From NCBI GenBank assembly GCA_049974845.1, contig JBNGCP010000016.1:1-54453 (forward strand): 54,453 nt of DNA. Reading direction: 5' to 3'. Source of the stretch: Anaerolineae bacterium. GTDB lineage: Bacteria > Chloroflexota > Anaerolineae > B4-G1 > SLSP01. The notes under the pieces are model-generated. The model searched no databases, was not told the origin of the DNA, and worked only from the letters and a program-made list of their open reading frames with translations. A program made the translations under genes and the position numbers. Shown in pieces: positions 47,201-54,453 of this stretch (position 1 is its first letter; each line of letters starts with the position of its first letter).

Positions 47201-49291
47201 TCCTTCCCCGTCGCCGATAGCATCACGACATGGCGCGTGACCGCGCTGGCGTCGTCTCAGGATGGACGGCTCGGTAGCGCGACCGCACCCCTGCGCGTCT
47301 TCCAGGACTTCTTCATCGATCTGGATCTACCAGCCTCACTGACGGTGGGCGACGAAATCGCCGTGCCGGTCGGTGTCTTCAACTACCTGCCGGAGAGCCA
47401 GACGGTGCGACTGGAGGTCGAGGGGGCGGCGTGGTTCGAGCTTCTTGACGATCCTGTCAAGGAGATCCAGATCGCGCCAAATGAGATCGACGTCGTCAGC
47501 TTCCGCATCCGGGCGCGTGACTTCGGTAGACAGCCCTTTCAGGTGACGGCCTATGGCTCTGCCATGTCCGATGCCATCCGCAAGGAGATCCGGGTCTTCC
47601 CCGACGGCAAGGAGCTGCGTTTCAGCTCGTCGGACCGACTTTCGCCGACGGCTCCCGTCACTGAGCGCGTGCAGCTTCCCGCAGACGTGATCGCCGGGAC
47701 CCAGAAGCTCACGGTCAAGATCTATCCCGGCGTGGTCAGCCAGCTCGTCGAGGGGCTGGACGCCCTGTTGCGGATGCCCTATGGCTGCTTCGAACAGACG
47801 TCATCGGCCACCTATCCGAATGTGCTGGTGCTGGACTACCTGAAGACTACCGGGCAGACATCGCCCGAGGTGCAGATGGAGGCGGAGCAGTACATCAATC
47901 TCGGCTACCAGCGTCTGATGACGTTTGAGGTCAATGGAGAGCCGGGCGGATTCAGCCTCTTTGGGGACGCACCGGCGGACCCTATGCTCACCGCTTACGG
48001 GCTGCAGGAGTTCGGGGATATGAGCCGGGTCTACGATGTGGATCCAGCCCTCATCGCCCGCATCGCGGAGTGGTTGTTCGCGCATCAGGCGTCCGACGGT
48101 TCGTGGCAGGGCGTGGCAGGGTTCCACGAGACGAACCTCACCAACCAGACCGGGCGGATCCCGGTCACGGCCTTCGTGGTCTGGGGCCTGGCCGATGCGG
48201 GCTATGGCGACGATGGGCGCACGCAGAGGGGAGCGGACTTCCTGCGCGAGTCGGCCTCACAGGCCGATACCGCGTATGATCTGGCGCTGGTCGCCAATGC
48301 GCTCGTGGCGGTCGATCTCCAGACCGGCGGCGTGAGCTCCGCCACCGCAGCGGTGCTTGATCGCCTGGCCGGCATGGCGCAACGCGAGGGGACCTCGGTC
48401 TACTGGGAACCCGGGCGCGAGACGTATATGGGCGGATATGGGATCAGCGGGCGGCTTGAGACGACGGCGTCTGTAGCTCTGGCGCTGCTGCGCGCGGGAC
48501 ACGATCCGGAGCTCGCCAACGCCGCGTTGACCTACCTTGTGCGGAATAAGGATACCTTCGGTACCTGGGAGACGACGTCGGCGACGGTGATGGCGCTCAA
48601 AGCCCTCATTGAGAGTGTCCGAGCAGGCACGGAGGATGTCGACGCCTCGATCACCGTGATGGTAAATGGGGCTCAGACGCGGAGGGTGCGTGTGATGCCT
48701 GAGACCCTTGACGTCGTGCAGACCCTCGTCTTCGCCGACGCCGAGCTGGGTTCAGAGAATGAGGTGACCCTGGCGATGGAGGGGCGCGGGAGCCTGATGT
48801 ATCAGGTGACCACGAGCTATGTACTGCCCTGGGCATCGCTGGATCGCTATCCCGAGTTCGTCGGTGATCAGGACCTGGTGACCATCGACGTCGTCTACGA
48901 CCGCACCGAGCTCTCCGTCGATGACACCGTGGGCGTTGACGTCACGGTAACCCTCAACGAGCCCGAGGGCGCCGCAGAGCAGTCGATCATCGACCTGGGC
49001 GTTCCCCCGGGCTTCTCTGTGGAGACCGAGGACCTGGCGCGGCTGGTTGCCGGCTACCGGGATCTGCCCGAGGGCTATGTGGGTGCCAGGATCCGCCGCT
49101 TTGAGCTGACGGGGCGCCAGATCATCCTCTACGTGACGGATCTAAATGGGGCTGAGCCATTGAGCTTCAACTACCGGTTGCGGGCCAAGTATCCGTTGAT
49201 CGCCCAGACACCCGCTAGCAGCGCCTACGACTATTACAACCCGGCGACGGCGGGTGAGGTGGCGCCTACGACGCTGACGGTGGTGGAATAG
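44288..49291 (+). CDS. alpha-2-macroglobulin family thioester protein with N-terminal anchor and internal six-TM insertion
   Basis: SDKPLYQPGQ, EHYVLPKF, LAVVDES, RQYFPETMLW, DSITTWR, PYGCFEQT thioester, GGFSLFG, AYDYYNP; AAGGAG RBS. Confidence 0.93.
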   Translation: MARKRWLVFGIGLLILSLIGSAIAVAFYIEHLPERLSQHETIVLGQSRLVLGSTAALRVLVRDTRDGAPLPGARVKVLLRPTDVGRSGAGRAVFEGTTQENGTLDVSFTVPDDGAGARGAEARGAEAHTLVVETSSALGSDRVEQPVTVARDYRLLVTSDKPLYQPGQVIHLRALALGSFDRLPAAHQDIELTVADGKGNTVFRKTVTASAFGVASTDFQLADEVNGGSYKITAKLGDTVSEKTVTVEHYVLPKFDVVVETDRTYYRPGERVEGTLTARYFFGKDVAGGAVALEGYTFDVERNVAVQIEGETDDAGAFSFEFDLPAYVAGSELEEGRARFYVEARVTDQTGHTEVGQLSLPVAQSALVIDAIPEGGRLRPGVENILYLLTSYPDGAPAEAAVTVTLNDTGERLVVQTGRYGLAELPIVPTSSYMSLVIEAQDAAGARARRAFSFEGEGGDDAVLLRPDGAVYRVGDTMVLSVLSAQRQGTVYVDIVREGQTVSTRAVDIADGHAEIAVDLTPDLYGTLALHAYKIRRNGHIVRDTRLVVVDEADELAVSLRAGAETYRPGEDADLHVRVGDGAAAGVRAALGLAVVDESLFALAEQDPGFAKLYFMLEQELLTPKYELHGFSIPDLVRDPCREGGDPETCPPPLRGAQTGAGKAALASALSDADPFSLRANSHEQAMARARTRQHQLYGAFAATLGGMFALLSVATMALSFVSVVRDDRFWRSLGLGVATLVVMGLSLFGILWLADEVFWRLEDLILTMVMASVGCAGVVGIVSLIVSAIRRRDGLLGIMIVLLTLAVALGVGAIWAAARADVTPPSWTLYGALFTSLLFPLAYVVRGAGDIWQRRVITGLAALAVGIALLTATTTVVALTTIGRAQTENVALAEPGMWAADAEAPALMGRAVMQDAAVAVEKRVEVEEAGAAPREETAQSSTAPRLRQYFPETMLWLPDEVTDADGELRLSFPVADSITTWRVTALASSQDGRLGSATAPLRVFQDFFIDLDLPASLTVGDEIAVPVGVFNYLPESQTVRLEVEGAAWFELLDDPVKEIQIAPNEIDVVSFRIRARDFGRQPFQVTAYGSAMSDAIRKEIRVFPDGKELRFSSSDRLSPTAPVTERVQLPADVIAGTQKLTVKIYPGVVSQLVEGLDALLRMPYGCFEQTSSATYPNVLVLDYLKTTGQTSPEVQMEAEQYINLGYQRLMTFEVNGEPGGFSLFGDAPADPMLTAYGLQEFGDMSRVYDVDPALIARIAEWLFAHQASDGSWQGVAGFHETNLTNQTGRIPVTAFVVWGLADAGYGDDGRTQRGADFLRESASQADTAYDLALVANALVAVDLQTGGVSSATAAVLDRLAGMAQREGTSVYWEPGRETYMGGYGISGRLETTASVALALLRAGHDPELANAALTYLVRNKDTFGTWETTSATVMALKALIESVRAGTEDVDASITVMVNGAQTRRVRVMPETLDVVQTLVFADAELGSENEVTLAMEGRGSLMYQVTTSYVLPWASLDRYPEFVGDQDLVTIDVVYDRTELSVDDTVGVDVTVTLNEPEGAAEQSIIDLGVPPGFSVETEDLARLVAGYRDLPEGYVGARIRRFELTGRQIILYVTDLNGAEPLSFNYRLRAKYPLIAQTPASSAYDYYNPATAGEVAPTTLTVVE

Positions 49292-49375
49292 CGGCGAAGA
49301 GGCGGCCTCACGTGGGGGGATCCGCGTTCGATGGCTGCCCCTTGGCGAGAGCGGGATAAGCCCGATACACGAAAC

Positions 49376-49408
49376 GGCGCCGGATCATGTGTTAGGTGAT
49401 CCGGCGCC
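49376..49408. terminator. terminator hairpin between convergent genes
   Basis: ggcgccggatca / tgatccggcgcc 12-bp stem. Confidence 0.75.
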
Positions 49409-49444
49409 TGCCTGAATACGTTCTAAGGCGGCCGGCGAATGGAC

Positions 49445-50449
49445 CTATTTCTTCGTTAGTTGCGCACTGAACATATCGCCCGCCTTTTCCTCCGATCGAT
49501 CGGTCGCGGGCGGGGGTTCCAGGGAGAGCGCTGAGATCTCCGCGCGGAGCTCAGGGGTCATCTCGATATCGAGCGCCCCAAGGGAGCCCTCCAGCTGGCT
49601 GACGTTGCGCGCTCCTATGATGGGCGCGGTGACGGCGGGGTGGGCAGCCACCCACGCGACCGCCAGACTAACAGGATCGTAACCGCGGTCTTGTGCGAAC
49701 GCCGTGAAGTCACCAGCGACCTCATAGACCCACTCGTCGCCATAGCGCCTTTGGTACATAGCGTTGGTCACCAGACGCCCCTCGTCCGGACGCTTTTCGG
49801 CGCTGTACTTGCCGGTTAGGAGGCCGCCGCCGAGCGGGCTGTAAGGGATCACGCCCAGATTTTCGGCCTGAGCCATCGGCAGGATTTCCACCTCCGCCTG
49901 ACGTTTGACCAAGTTGTACATCGGCTGCAGCACCTCAAAGGGGGCCCAGTTGTGCAGGGCGGCGAGGCCTAGCGCTTTCTCCACCTGCCAGGCCGCAAAG
50001 TTGCTGGCACCAGGGTAGAGGATTTTGCCCTGTTTCACAAGGTCATCCAGCGCGCGCAGCGTCTCCTCCAGTGGTGTCTCCTCGTCGAAGCGATGGATGA
50101 AGTAGACGTCGATGTAATCGGTGCCCAGGCGGCGCAAGCTGCCCTCGACGGCCTGCATGATGTGCCGGCGATGCGCACCGCGGGCGTTGACGTCCTCGCC
50201 CATCGGGAAGTAGACCTTGCTGGTGATCACGATCTCGTCGCGACAATCGCGGATGAGGTTGCCCAGGATCTCCTCTGCGCGTCCCTGCTGATAGACGTTT
50301 GCCGAATCGAAGAAGTTGATGCCGGCGTCGCGACAACGATTGAACATCGCCGCGGACGTGGCCTCATCGGCGTCCCCGCCGAACGACATCGTGCCGAAGC
50401 AGAGTGATGAGACCTTTACACCGGTCCTTCCGAGTGTCCTGTATTCCAT
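49445..50449 (-). CDS. aldo/keto reductase
   Basis: [47 protein letters not shown]. Confidence 0.93.
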   Translation of the reverse strand: MEYRTLGRTGVKVSSLCFGTMSFGGDADEATSAAMFNRCRDAGINFFDSANVYQQGRAEEILGNLIRDCRDEIVITSKVYFPMGEDVNARGAHRRHIMQAVEGSLRRLGTDYIDVYFIHRFDEETPLEETLRALDDLVKQGKILYPGASNFAAWQVEKALGLAALHNWAPFEVLQPMYNLVKRQAEVEILPMAQAENLGVIPYSPLGGGLLTGKYSAEKRPDEGRLVTNAMYQRRYGDEWVYEVAGDFTAFAQDRGYDPVSLAVAWVAAHPAVTAPIIGARNVSQLEGSLGALDIEMTPELRAEISALSLEPPPATDRSEEKAGDMFSAQLTKK

Positions 50450-50478
50450 ATGCCCTCCTTAATGGTTCTCAAGTAACC

Positions 50479-51276
50479 TTAATGGATGCTACGCCGGTCA
50501 AGCACCCCGGCCTTGCCACGTGCCGTCGGGGATGACCCCTCCTGGGTGGCTGACGACCCTTGCCTCGCCCGCCAGAGGTTGCTCTTTTCCGGGGCCTCAA
50601 ACTTGAGGAAGATCTCTGTGGCGGCGCTCAGGTCGCTATAGTACCCTCGATAGCGCGGCGGCAGCAGGGCCGCGATCTGGTACATCATTTCGTCGACAAC
50701 CTGTTGTCGTACAGGGCCTGTGATCTTGACGCCTCGGGTGTCCACGTGGAAGGGATTGCCGACAACGACGTAGAAGTCAGTGCGGCGCAGACGCTTGAGG
50801 TTTTGCGTAAACGTCTCCCCGCCATAGCACGCGATGGGCCAGATCGGCGCGCCGCTGCGCTCCGCCATCAACACGACGCCCGGCTTTCCCTGCTGGAGGC
50901 GCCCGTGATGGCTGCGGGTGCCCTCCGGCGTGATGAAGAGAATGCGGCCCTCCTCCAGCGCGCGCAGGCCCTTGCGCAGCGCCGTGACATCGACTTCGTC
51001 GCGCTCAATTGGGATCAGGTCCCAGTTCGTGAAGAGCGTTCTGAAGAGGAGATTGTTCCAGTTCTCGGCTTTCGAGTAACCAACCCCGAGATCGCTGGGG
51101 ATGCGCGGGTAGATGATGGGGAGTTCGAGGAAGTTCACGTGGTTGACGATGATGATGATCGGTCCCCGTAACGGAATCTTGGTCAGGGATTTCGCGTGAA
51201 CCCTGCACACGATGCCCGTCAACAGCCGGGCAACCCCGTTGAAGATGCGACGAACGATCAGTTTGGATGGCTTCAT
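50479..51276 (-). CDS. plsC: lysophospholipid (1-acyl-G3P) acyltransferase family
   Basis: NHVNFLE (HX4D variant), IPIER, PEGTRS, KPG, IWPI. Confidence 0.8.
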   Translation of the reverse strand: MKPSKLIVRRIFNGVARLLTGIVCRVHAKSLTKIPLRGPIIIIVNHVNFLELPIIYPRIPSDLGVGYSKAENWNNLLFRTLFTNWDLIPIERDEVDVTALRKGLRALEEGRILFITPEGTRSHHGRLQQGKPGVVLMAERSGAPIWPIACYGGETFTQNLKRLRRTDFYVVVGNPFHVDTRGVKITGPVRQQVVDEMMYQIAALLPPRYRGYYSDLSAATEIFLKFEAPEKSNLWRARQGSSATQEGSSPTARGKAGVLDRRSIH

Positions 51277-51310
51277 GATCAACTATCGAAGCGATGGGTC
51301 GGTGGAGGCA

Positions 51311-52258
51311 TCAGCTCGAATGGCCGCCCTCCAGAACTGCGTTGACCGCCGCAAGCTCGTCGTCGGTGAGGTGCCAGCCGGCTGCCCTGGCATTCTCCTG
51401 TACGTGCGACACCTTGGTCGCCCCGGAGATGACCGAGGAGACTTGGGGATGCGCGAGCAGCCAGGCGTGGGCAAGCTCGGCCATCGTGTGATCGCGGGCC
51501 TGTGCCCATGCCGTTAGTTGCTCGACCCGATCGTAGTTTGCGTCAGTCATGTAGCTCTGAACATAGCGGCTGGACTCTCCCCGCGAGCCAGAGGGAGCCG
51601 ATTGCCCACGCCGGTACTTGCCGGTGAGGAACCCACCGGCTAGCGGGAAGTACGGCAGAATTCCCACATTATAGGCCTGGCAGTAGGGGAGCATCTCCCT
51701 CTCCAGACCGCGCTCCAGCATGTGATAATGGTTCTGGATGGTGACAAAGGGCTCCCAACCCTGCACCTCGGCCAGCAGATTCGCGCGCGCCAGCTGCCAC
51801 GCGGCGAAGTTCGAAGCTCCAATGTAGCGCACCTTGCCCGACGAGATGAGGTCGTCCAGTGTGCGCAACGTCTCCTCAATCGGAGTCTCATCATCCCAGG
51901 AATGGATCTGATAGAGGTCGATGTGGTCGGTCTGGAGGCGGCGCAGGCTGGCCTCGATGGCTGCCATGATATGGTAGCGCGAGGCACCGTAGTCGTTCGG
52001 CCCATCACCGGTTGCGTGTTCGACCTTCGTGGCGAGCACGACCCTGTCCCACCGCCCGCTCAGCGCCACACCGAGCGTTGTCTCCGAGCGACCGCCCTGA
52101 TACGTGTTGGCTGTGTCGATGAGGTTGGTGCCGAGATCCAGCGCTGCGTCGACGATGTCGTTGACGCTAGCTTGGTCGACTTTGCCGCCAAACTGATTCG
52201 TGCCCAACCCGACGGTGGAGACGTGAATGCCTGTGTTGCCCAGTGATCGATATTCCAC
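51311..52258 (-). CDS. aldo/keto reductase
   Basis: LGNTGIHVSTVGLGTN, IDTANTY, LATK, IDLYQIH, YFPLAGGFLTGKY. Confidence 0.93.
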   Translation of the reverse strand: MEYRSLGNTGIHVSTVGLGTNQFGGKVDQASVNDIVDAALDLGTNLIDTANTYQGGRSETTLGVALSGRWDRVVLATKVEHATGDGPNDYGASRYHIMAAIEASLRRLQTDHIDLYQIHSWDDETPIEETLRTLDDLISSGKVRYIGASNFAAWQLARANLLAEVQGWEPFVTIQNHYHMLERGLEREMLPYCQAYNVGILPYFPLAGGFLTGKYRRGQSAPSGSRGESSRYVQSYMTDANYDRVEQLTAWAQARDHTMAELAHAWLLAHPQVSSVISGATKVSHVQENARAAGWHLTDDELAAVNAVLEGGHSS

Positions 52259-52359
52259 GCTATTTCTCCTATTCGTAATCGAACCTGCTCAACCGAACCT
52301 GAGAGCCGCCCAGGGGACGGAGGGAAGGAGCCGCTTGGTGTCGTGATCCGACAGCAGAT

Positions 52360-53055
52360 CTATGATCCTCGAAATCCCTCAACCGCCGCCTCATCCTGCG
52401 ACAGGATCACGCGTTCCACGCAGAGGTCGCCGGGCCAGATCTCCGGTAGGCTCGTGTCTAGCGCGCGCTGTGCGATAGGGCGCAAGCCAAGGCCCCACCG
52501 GTTGAGCCTGAGCCGCGTGATGGCAACCTCGGGCATACACTGCGATGCCTGGATGCGCAGCGTAGCGCTGAGATCGAGATCGCCCCGGAACTGCCGCGGT
52601 ATGTCGAGACCGCTTTGTTCAAGGACAGAAGCGTCGGCGCTGACGTCGACGACCATCTCACCGGTATCGAATCCCACCGCGGCGCTTGCCTCACCGCTCA
52701 TTTCAGCCTCTATGGCCGCCGCAATCATCCGATTCAGATCGGCCTCGGTCACGACGATGCGTACGCGCTCACCCTCCTCGATTTCCTCCAACTGCTCCAG
52801 ATCCTCGAAGTCGGTGATGCGATACTCGGGCAGCGTCGGGTCTGGCGTGACTTCCACCGGTGGCGGCGGCGCCACAACGCCTAACCGCTGGAGTAGCGGT
52901 CCCACGATGGGCCATTCGGGCAGGGGAGGCAAAGCGTGGGTGTTCGCGGCGAGCGCTGGAGCTCCGGACACCGATGCAGCAGCGCGTGCCGGTGTGAGGC
53001 TCAGCAAGACAACGGAAACGATCAGCAGCGTAAGGATGCGGTGTCTGTGTGTCAT
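52360..53055 (-). CDS. secreted hypothetical protein (possible DUF2993/LmeA-like fold)
   Basis: Signal peptide ending PARA-AA, Pro-rich linker, VTEADLN motif, two Cys. Confidence 0.7.
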   Translation of the reverse strand: MTHRHRILTLLIVSVVLLSLTPARAAASVSGAPALAANTHALPPLPEWPIVGPLLQRLGVVAPPPPVEVTPDPTLPEYRITDFEDLEQLEEIEEGERVRIVVTEADLNRMIAAAIEAEMSGEASAAVGFDTGEMVVDVSADASVLEQSGLDIPRQFRGDLDLSATLRIQASQCMPEVAITRLRLNRWGLGLRPIAQRALDTSLPEIWPGDLCVERVILSQDEAAVEGFRGS

Positions 53056-53228
53056 AGCCTGTCATTCCTCTCAAGGCCGGCTTCAGCCGGCGCGATTCCG
53101 TACAACGCCAACGCATCGTCTGGGGCCGCCTCTCGGCGCCTGTCCCCGGACACCTAAGTCAGATCTCTATCTTGTTATCTAAATCATTTTACCGGTCGGA
53201 GACCAGAATGCAACCCTCATCCTGCGGC

Positions 53229-53280
53229 AGTTGCCGCTACACTTCAGCGGTTGCCTCTCCACTTCAGCGGTTGCCGCTCC
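53229..53280. repeat. 20-bp tandem repeat (~2.5 copies)
   Basis: acttcagcggttgcctctcc / acttcagcggttgccgctcc preceded by the partial copy agttgccgctac. Confidence 0.75.
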
Positions 53281-53303
53281 ACCCGGTGCGAGGTTCATCG
53301 AGG

Positions 53304-54305
53304 CTAGTCGTCCTCGTCAATGCCCCACCAGTACATATCGGCCAACTTACGATGCTCCTGGTGGAGGCGCACGTAGCTCTCATAGCGGTGCTCGTCGATC
53401 TCACCGGCCTCCAGCGCCTCGAGGACTGCGCAGCCAGGCTCAACGGTGTGACTGCAGTCTGAGAAGGCGCAATGCGGCACGTAGGGGGCGATGTCGGGGA
53501 AGTAGGCATCCACCTCCTCTGGATCGAGATCGAAGAGGGCCAGGGCGCGTATGCCCGGGGTGTCTGCCACCCAGCCGCCAACTTCGAGGGGCACCAGCTC
53601 GGTCACGGTCGTCGTGTGACGTCCTTTGCCCGTCGCGCTGCTGATCTCCATGACACGCTGGCCGAGGCCAGGCTCCAGAGCGTTGAGCAGACTCGACTTG
53701 CCCACGCCCGAAGGCCCGATGAGGGCGGATGTCTTCCCACGGAGCTGAGCACGCAGAGCGTCAAGGCCGTGACCGGTCAGGGCGCTGGTGTAGAGCACGG
53801 TGTAGCCGATACGCTCATAGACACCGAACAGCTCCTTGGCTTCCTCGAGGCCGACAAGATCGATCTTGTTCGCGCAGATGATGGGTGGGATCCGTTGGCG
53901 TTCTGCTCCCACCAAGAGCCGATCCAGCATCTTAAGCCGTGGGGTGGGCTTGGCACAGGACACGACGAAGACGACCTGATCGGGATTGGCGATGATGACC
54001 TGCTCTTGCTCTCGCAGGTAGCCCTGCCGATCCCAGCGGCGGGATCCGCGCCCGTAGGGCAGGGGTTTGAGGCGCGCCAGGGCGCGCTCACGGTCATAGA
54101 CCTCTTCGATGATGTTGCTGCCGTCGGGCAGCGCACGCCACTGGACGCGGTCCCCGACAGCGACAATCGTCGTGTCGCTCCGTTCCCGCTTGAGACGGCC
54201 CCGGATTCGGGCGACGACCTGCTCGTCGTCCTCTGTGAGTAGTGTGTAAAAGCCGCTCTGTGATTTGATGACGAGTCCGTCCCGCACTTGCGTGTTCTCA
54301 CTCAT
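53304..54305 (-). CDS. rsgA: ribosome small subunit-dependent GTPase A
   Basis: OB fold (AVGDRV), NKID, GPSGVGKSS, GKGRHTTT, DTPG, CxFxDCxHxxEPGC. Confidence 0.96.
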   Translation of the reverse strand: MSENTQVRDGLVIKSQSGFYTLLTEDDEQVVARIRGRLKRERSDTTIVAVGDRVQWRALPDGSNIIEEVYDRERALARLKPLPYGRGSRRWDRQGYLREQEQVIIANPDQVVFVVSCAKPTPRLKMLDRLLVGAERQRIPPIICANKIDLVGLEEAKELFGVYERIGYTVLYTSALTGHGLDALRAQLRGKTSALIGPSGVGKSSLLNALEPGLGQRVMEISSATGKGRHTTTVTELVPLEVGGWVADTPGIRALALFDLDPEEVDAYFPDIAPYVPHCAFSDCSHTVEPGCAVLEALEAGEIDEHRYESYVRLHQEHRKLADMYWWGIDEDD

Positions 54306-54354
54306 AAGATCGGGTCAAATGCGCACCTCACTCTCTTTGCCGTTCTCGAAGCTG

Positions 54355-54382
54355 ATTGTACCGACAACCTCGTTGTCGGCAA
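54355..54382 (-). promoter_or_regulatory. rsgA promoter with palindromic operator in the spacer
   Basis: Minus strand TTGCCG-N16-TACAAT; CCGACAAC-N3-GTTGTCGG perfect IR at 54361-54379. Confidence 0.6.
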
Positions 54383-54453
54383 CCTTGAAGGGCGCTGGGC
54401 GATGGACCCGTCTGCCAATCGCTGCTCCAACGATGGTGCGCATTCCAGAAGGC

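Noticed and set aside
53229-53280. Possible CRISPR array
   Set aside because: The repeats are adjacent with no spacers, only ~2.5 copies, and no cas genes are present.
54328-54453. Partial CDS at the right edge
   Set aside because: The minus-strand frame I translated is not protein-like and the region contains the rsgA promoter.

Overview
GC-rich bacterial chromosomal window, most consistent with an anaerobic Chloroflexota (Anaerolineae-like) genome; the taxonomy is inferred from gene content. It holds about 40 CDS and no rRNA, tRNA, CRISPR array, integrase or transposase that I can see. In order: small conserved genes, including a metal-ligand-less MBL-fold protein and a degenerate Zn-ribbon DNA-methylase-like protein; a minus-strand thiol-redox/repair run (PDO, TrxB, DUF2892, cupin, OsmC, nfo, membrane thioredoxin); a B12 radical SAM, PPK2 and a class V aminotransferase; a WYL regulator with matching operator sites in front of itself and of a convergent, partly deleted operon; a glycan/sugar catabolic region (two GHL6-like hydrolases, phosphodiesterase, Nudix, AKRs, GH38, aldolase, FGGY kinase, PHP, sulfatase, GH42); class III RNR genes; an alpha-2-macroglobulin; two AKRs, plsC-like and rsgA. 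Best candidates for novelty: (1) a thioester alpha-2-macroglobulin with a six-helix membrane bundle inserted just before its bait region, behind an ECF-type promoter; (2) a c-di-AMP (ydaO) riboswitch controlling only an unannotated 47-aa protein; (3) a split NrdD whose glycyl-radical domain is a separate 60-aa gene; (4) an unexplained ~215-nt multi-stem element with its own promoter ahead of the glycosidase operon; (5) an ART-like domain fused to a glycosidase, next to Nudix and phosphodiesterase genes. All family calls come from reading motifs by eye; no database searches were run.
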